64,000 nt of DNA from Polyangiales bacterium (GCA_044229975.1 JBGARZ010000024.1:32001-96000); one strand, 5' to 3'; shown: positions 19,682 to 29,260, counted from the first letter of the stretch. The notes: generated by a model from the letters alone, not told the origin. Made by a program: numbers and translations.

Positions 19682-21067
19682 ATGTTCAGCATTGGCGAGG
19701 GGTCCTTCACCAGCGACTGGGTCGCCATCTTCGTCGCCTGCGCGCTGCTCCTGGCGCCGGTGCTCGCCGGCCTGCTGGTCGCGGCGCTCCTGCGCGCTGT
19801 GCTCACCATCCGCCGTCGCGCGCTCTGGACGGTGCCGCTCGTCGTCGTGCCCGTCGCGCTCTCGCTCGCCGCGATTCCGCGCACCGACCAGCTCAGCTTC
19901 TGGGACCTCCTCATCACCGGTCTCGGCTTCGCCGCGGGCGCGGTGCTCGCCATGGGACAGCCCGACGGCGCGGTGCTCCGCGGCGCCCTCCGCACGAGCG
20001 GTCGCATCACCGTGGGGCTGCTCATCGCCGAGGTCATCGCGCGCGTGCTGCTGCCCTCCCTCGGGGACTTTCCCTCGCCGCGCACCGCGCGCCTGGTGGT
20101 GCCCATCACCAACCGCGATCCGCCGTGCAACGTGCTCTATCCGCCGAGCGGCATGATCCACGAGGTCTTGCGCCGCGGCGAGCCGGGGCGCCCCAGGGTG
20201 CTGCACTTCGGCGACTCGCTCGTGGCGGGCATCGGCATCCCCTCGTCGGAGAACTTCGTCTCCGCGCTCGGCAACGCGCAGCCCGGCGTCCAGCACGTGA
20301 ACCTCGGCGCCGTGGGCGCGGGCCTCGACGTGTACCTCCTCGCGATGCGCCTCTGGGGCCCGGCCGCGCAGCCGCGCCTCAACGTCGTCTACATCTTCGC
20401 GGGCAACGACATGTTCGACCTCAACGCGCGCTACCTCTGCTGCGCACACGGCGGTCTGCTCGTCGACCAGGGCGGCCGCCTCACGCCGCGCTGCCCCACC
20501 GCGCAGTGGAACATTCCCCTGAAGGCCCACCTCGCGAGCAGCCCACCGCCCTTCGTGCTGCGCGCGCTCGCGCGGCCCTCGCGCGTCGCGGGTCACCTCC
20601 TCCGCTTCGTCATCCGCGTGCAGCAGGACGCCATGCGCCACGGCTTCAGAAACCTCCCGAGCCCCGGCGACCCGGCCTCGCAGACGCCCCGCTGGAACCT
20701 CCTCGACCAGCGCATCCGCGCCATCGCCGCGACCTCCCGCGAGCAAAACGCCCGGCTGTTGATGGTGGTGATCCCGAGCCGCACGACCATCGAGAAGACC
20801 CTCGGCTGGCCCGCCGTCGCCAACGACTACTGGGGCGACGGCCCGACCGGCGTGGCGGGTCATCGCCGCATCGTCGAGACGGCGCGCGCGGCGGGCGTCG
20901 ACGTGCTCGACGGCTGGGACACGCTGCGCGACGCCATGCAGCAGGACGGCGTCGAGCGCGTCTTCGCCAACGAGTACCCGGGCGACGTCCACCTCGGCCG
21001 CCTCGGCCACCAGCGCTTCGCCGTCTGGCTGCTGCCAGCACTCCAGGCCCGCGGCGTCAACCCCTAA
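19682..21067 (+). CDS. Membrane-bound SGNH/GDSL hydrolase (paralog of 11478-12857)
   Basis: N-terminal TMs; HFGDSL, NLG, GND, DVH. Confidence 0.8.
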   Translation: MFSIGEGSFTSDWVAIFVACALLLAPVLAGLLVAALLRAVLTIRRRALWTVPLVVVPVALSLAAIPRTDQLSFWDLLITGLGFAAGAVLAMGQPDGAVLRGALRTSGRITVGLLIAEVIARVLLPSLGDFPSPRTARLVVPITNRDPPCNVLYPPSGMIHEVLRRGEPGRPRVLHFGDSLVAGIGIPSSENFVSALGNAQPGVQHVNLGAVGAGLDVYLLAMRLWGPAAQPRLNVVYIFAGNDMFDLNARYLCCAHGGLLVDQGGRLTPRCPTAQWNIPLKAHLASSPPPFVLRALARPSRVAGHLLRFVIRVQQDAMRHGFRNLPSPGDPASQTPRWNLLDQRIRAIAATSREQNARLLMVVIPSRTTIEKTLGWPAVANDYWGDGPTGVAGHRRIVETARAAGVDVLDGWDTLRDAMQQDGVERVFANEYPGDVHLGRLGHQRFAVWLLPALQARGVNP

Positions 21068-21162
21068 ACGCAGCTTCGCGCGCGTGTTGTCTGTGGGCCC
21101 ACGCCGCGGCGTCAGCGCGGCGCGTGAGCGACCACGTCCCCTGTCCTCATCCCTGCTCTTCC

Positions 21163-21196
21163 ATAGCTCACGGAAAGGAATGTTTCCGTGAGCTAG
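21163..21196. other. Candidate lox-like recombination site
   Basis: ATAGCTCACGGAA-AGGAATGT-TTCCGTGAGCTAG; perfect inverted arms around an asymmetric core, about 42 bp before the recombinase ATG. Confidence 0.75.
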
Positions 21197-21238
21197 ACAG
21201 CGCCTCGGCACCTCGGGTACCGAGCACCTCTACCGCCC

Positions 21239-22366
21239 ATGGCCCGCCCACCCCGACCCGCCGCCCCGGTCGCCGTCCCGGTCACCTCCGCGATCGAGCT
21301 CGCGGTGGTCGACCCACCCTCTCCGTTGCCCGCCGCCCTCCAGCGACGGCTGGCCGACGCGAGGCGCTTTCTCCGCGAAGGCTCCCACGCCCCCGGCACC
21401 CGTCGGAAGTACACCGAGGACTTCGAGCAGTTCTCCGGCTGGTGCCAGCGCCACGGGCTCTCTCCCCTCCCCGCCGAACCCGGCCTGCTCGCCCTCTACA
21501 TCCACGCCCTCGCCGAACCCGACCCCGCCAACCCGCCGCGCGTCCGCCGCTCGCTCCATGGTCCGCGCGGCCCCGAGCCCGGTCAGTCGCCGATGCACCC
21601 CAGCTCCATCACCCGCGTCATCGCGGCCATCCGCTACGCCCACACCCAGCAGGGCGTCGCCTCGCCCACCTCCCACCCGCTGGTGCAGGAGGCCCTGCGC
21701 GCCGCTCGTCGCACGCTCGGGGTCGCGCCGCGTCGACGCGTCCAGGCCGCGGTGGTCGAGGTGCTCCGTCGGCTCGTGCTCGGGCTCGACGACTCGCTGC
21801 GCCACCGCCGCGATCGCGCGCTGCTCACGCTCGGCTTCGCGGGCGCATTTCGTCGCGCGGCTTTGGTCTCCCTCGACCTCGCCGACGTCGCGCGCGTGCC
21901 CGATGGCCTCGAAGTCACGCTCCGCCGCGACAAGACCGACCAGGCCGGCGCGGGTCGCACCCTCACCATCGCCCACGGCGCCAACCCCCTCACCTGCCCG
22001 GTGCGTTCGGTGCTCGCCTGGGTCGACGCGCTCGCCGCGCTCGGCCTCACCGAGGGCCCGCTCTTCCGCTTCATCGACCGCCACGGCAACGTCCGCCCGG
22101 CCCATCGCGGAAGCAGGAGCGACCGGCTCAGCCCGCAGTCCGTCGCCCTCGTCGTGCAGCGGCGGGCGCGCGCGGTGGGCCTCGACGCGACGCAGTTCGC
22201 GGGTCACTCGCTGCGGGCGGGCTTCGTCACCAGCGCGACGCGCGCCGGCAAGGCCATCCCGAAGATCATGGAGCAGACCGGCCACCGCAGCGCCAACACC
22301 GTCATGGCCTACGTGCGCGAGGCCGACCGCTGGCGCGACCCGGCCTCCGGCAACCTGGGCCTCTAG
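21239..22366 (+). CDS. Cre-like tyrosine site-specific recombinase
   Basis: N-terminal TRRKY..DF..F..WC; RDRALLTLGFAGAFRR (R), DKTDQ (K), GHSLRAG (HxxR), QTGH, VMAYVR (Y). Confidence 0.92.
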   Translation: MARPPRPAAPVAVPVTSAIELAVVDPPSPLPAALQRRLADARRFLREGSHAPGTRRKYTEDFEQFSGWCQRHGLSPLPAEPGLLALYIHALAEPDPANPPRVRRSLHGPRGPEPGQSPMHPSSITRVIAAIRYAHTQQGVASPTSHPLVQEALRAARRTLGVAPRRRVQAAVVEVLRRLVLGLDDSLRHRRDRALLTLGFAGAFRRAALVSLDLADVARVPDGLEVTLRRDKTDQAGAGRTLTIAHGANPLTCPVRSVLAWVDALAALGLTEGPLFRFIDRHGNVRPAHRGSRSDRLSPQSVALVVQRRARAVGLDATQFAGHSLRAGFVTSATRAGKAIPKIMEQTGHRSANTVMAYVREADRWRDPASGNLGL

Positions 22367-22422
22367 ACGCCTGGACCTCTCAACGCTCCAACGTTGAAGC
22401 GATCAGACGTCTGGACGCTCTA
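22364..22422. repeat. Degenerate octamer array A
   Basis: tagacgcc tggacctc tcaacgct ccaacgtt gaagcgat cagacgtc tggacgct. Confidence 0.65.
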
Positions 22423-23814
22423 GCGTTCGAAGCCGATCACCGGGCCGAGCAGCTCGGGAGTGAGGGGTCCTGTGCTGCCGAGGCCGGTGCAGTCGGGGGC
22501 AGACCGGACCTCCACGGCGAGGTGCGTCGGGTCGGACATCTGGAGGAGGATCACCTGGGGCTCCGGGGTGCTGCGCCCGCCCTGCCATCGGGTGAGTCCG
22601 TCGTAGCAGTAGATCGCCCCCGGCGTGATGCGGTCGAAGGGAACGTTGTGCGTCGACGAGGCCGAGTCAGGCGAATAGCGGTACACCCCGGGGGACAGCG
22701 CCGGCAGGCTCTCGCCCACCGAGAAGACCGGGTCACGGCGGCCGCGGTTGTCGTGGAAGAGACCGAGCCGCGTGCGCTCGCCCACCCAGGGCATGTCGCC
22801 GGTGCGAAACCACGCGCCGCGCCCGCTGCCAGGGACGTCCTGATTGATGACCCCGCAGTCCATCTGCTCGCTCGACAGCCGCGTGCGGAGCATGGTCCCG
22901 ACGGAGTTGGCGCCCTCCGTGACGAAGTAGTCCAGCGGGCACTGGATGTTGATGCGCTCGTAGCGGTACCGCCGCGGGTTGGCGAAGCGCTGCGTCGCCT
23001 GCCGGGTGTCGAAGGCCTCGATGGCGATCATCCCCTGCGAGGTGTGCGTGAACCCCACCGGATCGCCCGCGGTCACCGGGACGCTGAGGGAGTTCCAGAA
23101 GCACGTGCCGCCGTAGCAGGCGTCGGGCAGACCGAGGCGCTCGCGCAGCCCATCGGGCACGTCGTGCACCAGCCCGACGAAGAGCTCGACCTCGCGGCAC
23201 GGCGAGAACGAATAGTAGTAGTCGTACTTGGAGAGCCGCTCGTTCCAGGAGGTCATCAGTGCGGAGATGACCCCGTCGGACGGGGCATGCACGGGAGCCT
23301 GCGCCTGACTCGCGGGGAGCCCGCCCACCCGCAAGAACATGTGCCGGTTGGGGATCACATGCTCGGGCGGATCGAGGCTCCCCATCGGGTCGATCACCCG
23401 GATGAACTCCGGGTCGACGAGCGAGCGCGTGAAGAACCCCCGGCGCGAGCGATCGGTGCCGCAGGTGGGCAGGTCGGCGCGCTCGGCAAAGACTGCGCGG
23501 GTCGTGAGATCACGGTCCATGGTGAGCGTGCAGAAGAGCCCCTGTCCCTCGCACGCCCCCTCCCACCGCACGAAGCGGGCGCCCACGCCGTGGCGCACCG
23601 CCAGCACCACCGTCTCGCCGGCCGTGTAGTCCGCGCGGGCTTCGCTACAGCCCACCGCGCACAGGATGCCCGGGTGCTCGGTGAGCACGGTGCCCTCCCC
23701 ACCGCTGCGCTGCACCGTGAGCACGAGCGGCGCCGTCGACAGCACCGGCGGACGATCGACGTCGCCACAACCCGCGACCAGCAGCGCTGCCCAGCAAGCC
23801 CGCGTGACCCTCAT
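22420..23814 (-). CDS. Lipoprotein with InlB B-repeat-like domain and a degenerate M23-like region
   Basis: Lipobox LVAGC; GEGTV...F..WEGAC...CTLTM..D....AVF; VHAPSDG...VPVTAGDPVG. Confidence 0.65.
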   Translation of the reverse strand: MRVTRACWAALLVAGCGDVDRPPVLSTAPLVLTVQRSGGEGTVLTEHPGILCAVGCSEARADYTAGETVVLAVRHGVGARFVRWEGACEGQGLFCTLTMDRDLTTRAVFAERADLPTCGTDRSRRGFFTRSLVDPEFIRVIDPMGSLDPPEHVIPNRHMFLRVGGLPASQAQAPVHAPSDGVISALMTSWNERLSKYDYYYSFSPCREVELFVGLVHDVPDGLRERLGLPDACYGGTCFWNSLSVPVTAGDPVGFTHTSQGMIAIEAFDTRQATQRFANPRRYRYERINIQCPLDYFVTEGANSVGTMLRTRLSSEQMDCGVINQDVPGSGRGAWFRTGDMPWVGERTRLGLFHDNRGRRDPVFSVGESLPALSPGVYRYSPDSASSTHNVPFDRITPGAIYCYDGLTRWQGGRSTPEPQVILLQMSDPTHLAVEVRSAPDCTGLGSTGPLTPELLGPVIGFER

Positions 23815-23957
23815 GAGGCGCTTCCTCCACAGAGATGGCCCGCACCCATCACCGTGGCTTCCTGACACGGTCAGGATGCCGCGCTCATGTGTACGAACAC
23901 TGCGCACGCTATCGGACGGTGCGGCCCGCTGTCCACCCCACCGCGGCACATCACGCA

Positions 23958-24029
23958 GAGACGTCCAGACGTCTCGACGCCTCGACGTCCAGGCGCTTGA
24001 TCACCTGGACACCACGGCGCTAGAAGCGC
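23958..24029. repeat. Octamer array B
   Basis: gagacgtc cagacgtc tcgacgcc tcgacgtc caggcgct tgatcacc tggacacc acggcgct. Confidence 0.8.
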
Positions 24030-24041
24030 TTGTTTTTCAGC

Positions 24042-26234
24042 CTATCCAGGCTCGACGAGGCCCGCGAGGAGCTGCCGCGCGACGGCCGGATAGAACTTCG
24101 GATCGGCCACCTGGGCGTTGCCGATGGCGCATCCCCAGTTGCAATTGCACTTGCCCGCGCCGAGGTGTGCGCCAGCAAAGTCGCGCATGGGCTCGCCCCG
24201 CAGCACCCGCGGCAGGTCGTACGCGTGGTCGCGCACGTTGCCCACGGACTGCTGGAGCGGCTCGCAGGGCTGCACGTCGCCGTAGGGTCCGAGCACCACG
24301 ATCTTCTTGCCCGCGCCGCACACCCGCCCGAGGTCGGCCTCTTCGTGGAGGCGCTTGAGCTGGTTGTCCGAGGCGCGCTTCACGGCCGTGAAGAGCCGGT
24401 GCCGCAGCCCCCGGTAGCCGCGCTTGCCCGACAGACGGAAGGCCTTCTCGGCGAGCTCGATGTAGCGCTCGTGCGGCACCGCGAGGGACTTGTCCTTGAA
24501 GTTGCCGTGCAGCGGAACGAGGTGGATGCGGTCGCACTCCCTGGTCGCCGCGAGCTCTTCGAGCCAGCCGTCGAGCGAGTCGATGTTCTCGGTCGAGACG
24601 GTCACCACGAACTTCAACCCGAGGTTGGCGCGCCGCTTCACCAGCGGGAGCACCGCGGCGTGGGTGGTCATCACCTGGGCGTAGCTGGCAGCCTTGGTCT
24701 TGCGGATGCGGTCGTGCACGGCGGGCGGGCCGTCGAGCGAGAGGTGCACGTCGAAGTTGGTGCGCGGGTTGCGGCGGGTGAGCGCGTCCATCGCGGCGAC
24801 CACGCGCTCGGGAAACGCACCGTTGGTGGGGATGGACACGAACACCGGGTCAGCCGTGTCGACGATGGCCTGCACCACCTCGGCGAGGTCGTCGCGCAGG
24901 TAGGGCTCACCGCCCGAGAGCGAGAGGTAGGTCATCTTCGGCAGCGACTTCGCCACCGACCGGATCTCGTCGAGCGACAGCTCGCGCGACTGCGAGGCGT
25001 GCTCGATCTCCTCCCAGTAGAAGCACATCGAGCAGCGGGCGTTGCAGCGCGCCGTCACGAAGAAGATCAGCCAGCTCGGGAAGTCCCCGGCCGTCCACAC
25101 GCGGTACGGAACCGTCGACCGCGCCTGCGCCCCGAAGCCCTGCGCGACCTCGACGCCCGTGAAGGCCGCGTCCCGATCGCGGTAACGCCACGCCTTGTGC
25201 GAGCGCGCCGCCCCGCTCCGCAGCCACGCGATCGGTCCCCACAGGAGGCCGCACCAGAAGCCCAGGAGCGTTCCGCCGGTGGCGAGCGCGGTGGCGGCGC
25301 CGGTGCGAGCGCGGTCCCAGAGGGCGGGCGAGGGTGAGAGCGAGACGGCACCGTAGAGAGCGACGGCGAGGGTGCCGAGCGTGACCACCGCGGCCAGCGC
25401 GGCGAGGCGCAGCGGTGAGACCACGCAGAAGGCCAGCACCGCGAGCGCGACGACCAGCAGGGCGATGGCGAGCTGCACGCCCCGCTGCGGCAGGTACAGC
25501 TCCGCGAACGACCACGTCGACTGACCGCCGTGCCAGCGCTGCCGGAAGTAGTGGGTGACGAGCGGCCACAGCACCGGGCGCTTCAGGTGCGCCGACGCGA
25601 GGGCCGGGTCGTTGACGATGCGGAAGCCCTCGCGCGCGGCGAGGAAGAAGAACTCGGCGTCGTCGATCCAGTAGGGGGCGACCTCGTTGAAGCCGCCGAC
25701 ACGATCGAAGACGGCGCGGCGCATGGCGACGTTGCAGAGCGACACGCCGAAGTAGGGGACGGGCGTTCGCGTCGGGTTGGCCATGGCCGTCTTCAGGCTG
25801 AAGATCGGCGACGTCACGATGTTGTTGGCCGCGCGCTGCGCGAAGTCGTCGGCGTAGGGCTCGTTGCTCGGGCCCGTCACCACGTCGGCCTCGTCGAGCG
25901 CGGCGAGGGCGGCGGCGACCCAGCCCGGCGCGAGCTTCACGTCGTCGTCGATGAAGGCCAGGTGCTCGGTCGCGAGCGCCGCGGCCGCGCCGACGTTGCG
26001 CTTCACGCAAGGGTGCCGCGAGGGCGAGCGCAGCACCCGGACGGTCACCCGCTCGGAGCCGTACTGCGCGGCGTCGTCGGTCACCAGCACCAGCTCGAAG
26101 GAGTCGCGCGGGGCGGTCTGCGCCTCCAGGCTCGCGATGAGGGGATCGATGATGTCCGCGCCGCGGCTCACCGGCGCCACGAGGCTGATGCGCGGCCGCT
26201 TCGAGCGCGAGATCTGCACCAGACCGGAGGTCAT
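24042..26234 (-). CDS. Fusion: GT2 glycosyltransferase - TM bundle - radical SAM/SPASM
   Basis: KRNVG, FIDDD, VGGFNE; three TMs; CNARCSMC, SGGEP, CGAG...GDVQPCE...CNCNWGC. Confidence 0.85.
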   Translation of the reverse strand: MTSGLVQISRSKRPRISLVAPVSRGADIIDPLIASLEAQTAPRDSFELVLVTDDAAQYGSERVTVRVLRSPSRHPCVKRNVGAAAALATEHLAFIDDDVKLAPGWVAAALAALDEADVVTGPSNEPYADDFAQRAANNIVTSPIFSLKTAMANPTRTPVPYFGVSLCNVAMRRAVFDRVGGFNEVAPYWIDDAEFFFLAAREGFRIVNDPALASAHLKRPVLWPLVTHYFRQRWHGGQSTWSFAELYLPQRGVQLAIALLVVALAVLAFCVVSPLRLAALAAVVTLGTLAVALYGAVSLSPSPALWDRARTGAATALATGGTLLGFWCGLLWGPIAWLRSGAARSHKAWRYRDRDAAFTGVEVAQGFGAQARSTVPYRVWTAGDFPSWLIFFVTARCNARCSMCFYWEEIEHASQSRELSLDEIRSVAKSLPKMTYLSLSGGEPYLRDDLAEVVQAIVDTADPVFVSIPTNGAFPERVVAAMDALTRRNPRTNFDVHLSLDGPPAVHDRIRKTKAASYAQVMTTHAAVLPLVKRRANLGLKFVVTVSTENIDSLDGWLEELAATRECDRIHLVPLHGNFKDKSLAVPHERYIELAEKAFRLSGKRGYRGLRHRLFTAVKRASDNQLKRLHEEADLGRVCGAGKKIVVLGPYGDVQPCEPLQQSVGNVRDHAYDLPRVLRGEPMRDFAGAHLGAGKCNCNWGCAIGNAQVADPKFYPAVARQLLAGLVEPG

Positions 26235-26246
26235 GCGAGCGCCACT

Positions 26247-27098
26247 CTACCCCGACACGATGCGGAACTCCGTCGTCGCGAGCGGGGCCATGTCCTCGGT
26301 GCGCCCGTCGGGCACGTCCCCTTTGCCCTCGCGCGTCTCGGCGATGCGGGTGTCGAGCGTCGCCAGGAGCTGACCGACGTTGGCCGTGAAGAGCCGCGCG
26401 AAGTCCGCGAGCCGGCGGCTGCGGCTCCAGACCGCGTAGCAGTAGCGGTTGAGGTCGTTGTCGTAGAAGAACGCCAGCGTCATGGGGGCCGTGGCGCCGG
26501 GGCGATCCCAGGTGGGCCACTCGGCGGGGAAGGCCGCGCGGATGCGCTCACCGAGCGCGTCGATGCTGGCGCGCGGGACGCGGTGGTAGTTCTGCGCGTG
26601 CACGGTGAGGTCGTGCGCGAGCGTGGTGAAGTGCCAGGCGAGCGAGTCGAGGTCGCGCGCGTCGGAGGCCCGCGGAATCTCGCGCGACGCGTAGAAGCCG
26701 GCCGACGCCACATGCAGCGGGATGAGGCCCTCCATGTAGCGGCAGAGCCACGGTCCGCCGCTCAAGGCAGGGCGGTCTTCGACGGTGAGCGAGAGGCGGT
26801 AGCCGTCGCCCGGCGCGTCGAGCGCATCGAGCCCGGCGTTGAAGCTCGACGGGGTGGGCGCGCCGTAGATGCGACCGGTGCCCTCCCAGGCGAAGCCGAG
26901 CGCGCGCATGTGGGCGACGACCTCGTCGCTGCCGCGGAAATGCCCTGTTCCGCCGAGCATTTCCTTCGGCTCGAACACCAGCGGAAAGGCCAGCCGGTAG
27001 CGGTCGCCCGGCAGCGCCTCGACGCCGGGCGGGGCACCGAAGGCGCGGGCGAAGCCGTCCATCCATGGCGTCAGCAGCGCCCGTTCGTCATCGCGCAA
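26247..27098 (-). CDS. Hypothetical protein
   Basis: Coding-like ORF that overlaps the upstream rSAM stop and ends 12 bp before the next gene; no family recognised. Confidence 0.7.
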   Translation of the reverse strand: MRDDERALLTPWMDGFARAFGAPPGVEALPGDRYRLAFPLVFEPKEMLGGTGHFRGSDEVVAHMRALGFAWEGTGRIYGAPTPSSFNAGLDALDAPGDGYRLSLTVEDRPALSGGPWLCRYMEGLIPLHVASAGFYASREIPRASDARDLDSLAWHFTTLAHDLTVHAQNYHRVPRASIDALGERIRAAFPAEWPTWDRPGATAPMTLAFFYDNDLNRYCYAVWSRSRRLADFARLFTANVGQLLATLDTRIAETREGKGDVPDGRTEDMAPLATTEFRIVSG

Positions 27099-29190
27099 CG
27101 GTCTGGTCCTGTCGGGCGCGCGGCGGGGTGGCGAGCTCGGACCCGGCGCGCGGCGGACCGAAGGTGAGCACGTGGAAGTCGCGGCCGTAGCGCAGGGGCT
27201 CGCTCCAGGCGTCGCCGCTCGCGGGGGTCAGCGCGTCGCCCGAGACGACCAGCGCCGCGCCCGGAACGAGCCGCCCGTAGACCCGGCGGCGGGTGGACGC
27301 CTCGCCGAAGCGGTAGGCCAGCATGCTGTCGACGGAGAGCGTTCGGGGCGCGGGCGACGGGTCGTCGGACCACCCGACGCGGCCGCCAAAGCAGACAAAA
27401 TCGCCGTCGTCGAAGAGCACCATGTGGCCCGCGAGGGTTGCGCCGAGGTTGCGTTCGAGCTGGGGCATCGCCTCGCGCAGGGCCGCCTCGAAGCGGTGGG
27501 TCACCGCGTCGCCGGGCTCGGCCGGGGACAGCAGCCGCGGCGGCTCGACGGGCGTGACCCGGCGGGGCTGCTCGACGGGCGACGGTCCGCCGGTGAAGCG
27601 CAGCGCGGCGGTGTAGGCCTCGTCCTTGGTCGCGAAGGTTCGGCGCAGCGCGAAGATGAACGCCGGCTGCATGGAGTCGAGGGCCGCGCGGTCGCCCCGG
27701 CCCTCGCGCCACGCCTGGCGCAGCACCTCTTCAGAGGGGCGCAGGGTCGCCTGGCGCTCCTCCCAGGTCATGCCGTCGACCTCGTCGTAGGTGAGCGACC
27801 CGAGCTGCTTGCGGAACTTGTAGTCGCCGTCCACCACGCGCTGGCCGCGGATGGTGATGCCGAAGCGCGCCGGGTCGTCCCCGATGGGCGAGTCGCGCAC
27901 CAGGTAGAACGACGAGGGCGCGAGGTCGTCGATGGCGAAGGCGTTTTCGCGGGTCCACTCGACGGTGTCGAGGAGGTCTTCGCGGGTCTCGCCGGGGAAG
28001 CACGGCAGCAGGTTGACCCGCACCATGATCTCGTTGCGGTGCGCCTCGCGGATCACCCGCGTCGCGTGGAAGGGCCGGTGCCCCTTGATCATCCGCTTGA
28101 GCATCTTCTCGGAGCCCGACTCGACGCCGAGCGTGAGGCCCACGCAGCCCGCGCGCGCCATCAGCGTGAGATCACCCTCGCGCGACGGCATCACCCGGTA
28201 GGAGTCCGACCAGCGCACCCCGAGCTTCGCGCCGATGAGGGCGTTGGCGAAGTCCACGGCGTGCAGGTTGATCTGCGTGTCGAAGAGCATGAAATCGCCA
28301 ACGTTCCAGCGCTCGGACATCTCCGCGAGGTCGCGCACCACGCGGTCCATGGACTTCGCGCTCTGGGTGCCGCCGTTCTGGCAGAAGGTGCACTTGTACT
28401 GGCACGCGAAGGTGAAGAGGTACGGCAGGAAGAGCCCTGGCCCCACGCTCCCGTCGTAGGCCGAGAAGGGGTGCGGGGTGACGGCGAAGGGGTCGTAGCG
28501 GTAGTCGTCGAGGCGGTAGATGCCGAAGTCGGGCACGGGCCACTCGTCGGGCGCGGTGTCGCGGGGCTCGGCGACGGGCTCGACGGGCAGCGCGTGACGG
28601 CCCGGCGAGAGCTCGCGCAGCGCCGCGAAGGCGTAGCGGATCTCGTCGGGCGTCGTGGCCGCGGTGACCACGTCGACGAGCAGGGCGCCGAGCTCGGTGA
28701 GGATGCCGTGCGCGGCGCGCGCGTTGACGCCGCCGAGGATGGAGGGCGTTCCGTAGCGGCGCTTGAAGGCCGCGGCGAGGAAGGCGCCGACGCGAATCTG
28801 CGTGTGGCGGTCGAGGGAGACGGCGACGAGGTCGCAGTCACCGGGCGCATCGATGCGGGCGAGGAGGTCGTCGGCGAGGGCTTCGAGGGCCTCGTGGCGC
28901 TCGCCGCGCAGGTAGGCGCCGAGGGCCGCGTCGTCGTCGATGGGCGAAGGGTCGACCGCCGGGGGATGACGGAAGACCGAGAGCTCGAGGTCGACGGCGC
29001 GGGTGACGAAGCCGTCGCGGGCGATGGCGGCGGCGACGAGCGCCGGGCCCTGCGGGGGGAAGCGGTGCAGGCGGTTGACCTCCGGGGCGTCGACGTCCGG
29101 GGGCAGCACCATGAGCACGCTGCGCGGCGGGCCCGGGCGCACCACGGGCGCAGGCACATCACGAACAACGCTCAGGCGCAGGCCGGTCAC
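27088..29190 (-). CDS. B12-binding-type radical SAM protein with C-terminal extension
   Basis: PPQGPA; CQYKCTFC; LGVESGS...KG; FPGET. Confidence 0.85.
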   Translation of the reverse strand: MTGLRLSVVRDVPAPVVRPGPPRSVLMVLPPDVDAPEVNRLHRFPPQGPALVAAAIARDGFVTRAVDLELSVFRHPPAVDPSPIDDDAALGAYLRGERHEALEALADDLLARIDAPGDCDLVAVSLDRHTQIRVGAFLAAAFKRRYGTPSILGGVNARAAHGILTELGALLVDVVTAATTPDEIRYAFAALRELSPGRHALPVEPVAEPRDTAPDEWPVPDFGIYRLDDYRYDPFAVTPHPFSAYDGSVGPGLFLPYLFTFACQYKCTFCQNGGTQSAKSMDRVVRDLAEMSERWNVGDFMLFDTQINLHAVDFANALIGAKLGVRWSDSYRVMPSREGDLTLMARAGCVGLTLGVESGSEKMLKRMIKGHRPFHATRVIREAHRNEIMVRVNLLPCFPGETREDLLDTVEWTRENAFAIDDLAPSSFYLVRDSPIGDDPARFGITIRGQRVVDGDYKFRKQLGSLTYDEVDGMTWEERQATLRPSEEVLRQAWREGRGDRAALDSMQPAFIFALRRTFATKDEAYTAALRFTGGPSPVEQPRRVTPVEPPRLLSPAEPGDAVTHRFEAALREAMPQLERNLGATLAGHMVLFDDGDFVCFGGRVGWSDDPSPAPRTLSVDSMLAYRFGEASTRRRVYGRLVPGAALVVSGDALTPASGDAWSEPLRYGRDFHVLTFGPPRAGSELATPPRARQDQTVAR

Positions 29191-29260
29191 GGTGTGTACC
29201 TTGGAGGCGCACGCGGTGTGGTCGAGACCATCGAGCGACCATCATAGCGGGAGACGACCC

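Noticed and set aside
23958..24029. Octamer arrays read as a CRISPR array
   Set aside because: 8-bp period with no unique spacers, and no cas genes recognised.
21239..24029. Classical integron or prophage
   Set aside because: The recombinase is Cre-like without the IntI insertion; no attC-like sites or phage structural genes were seen.
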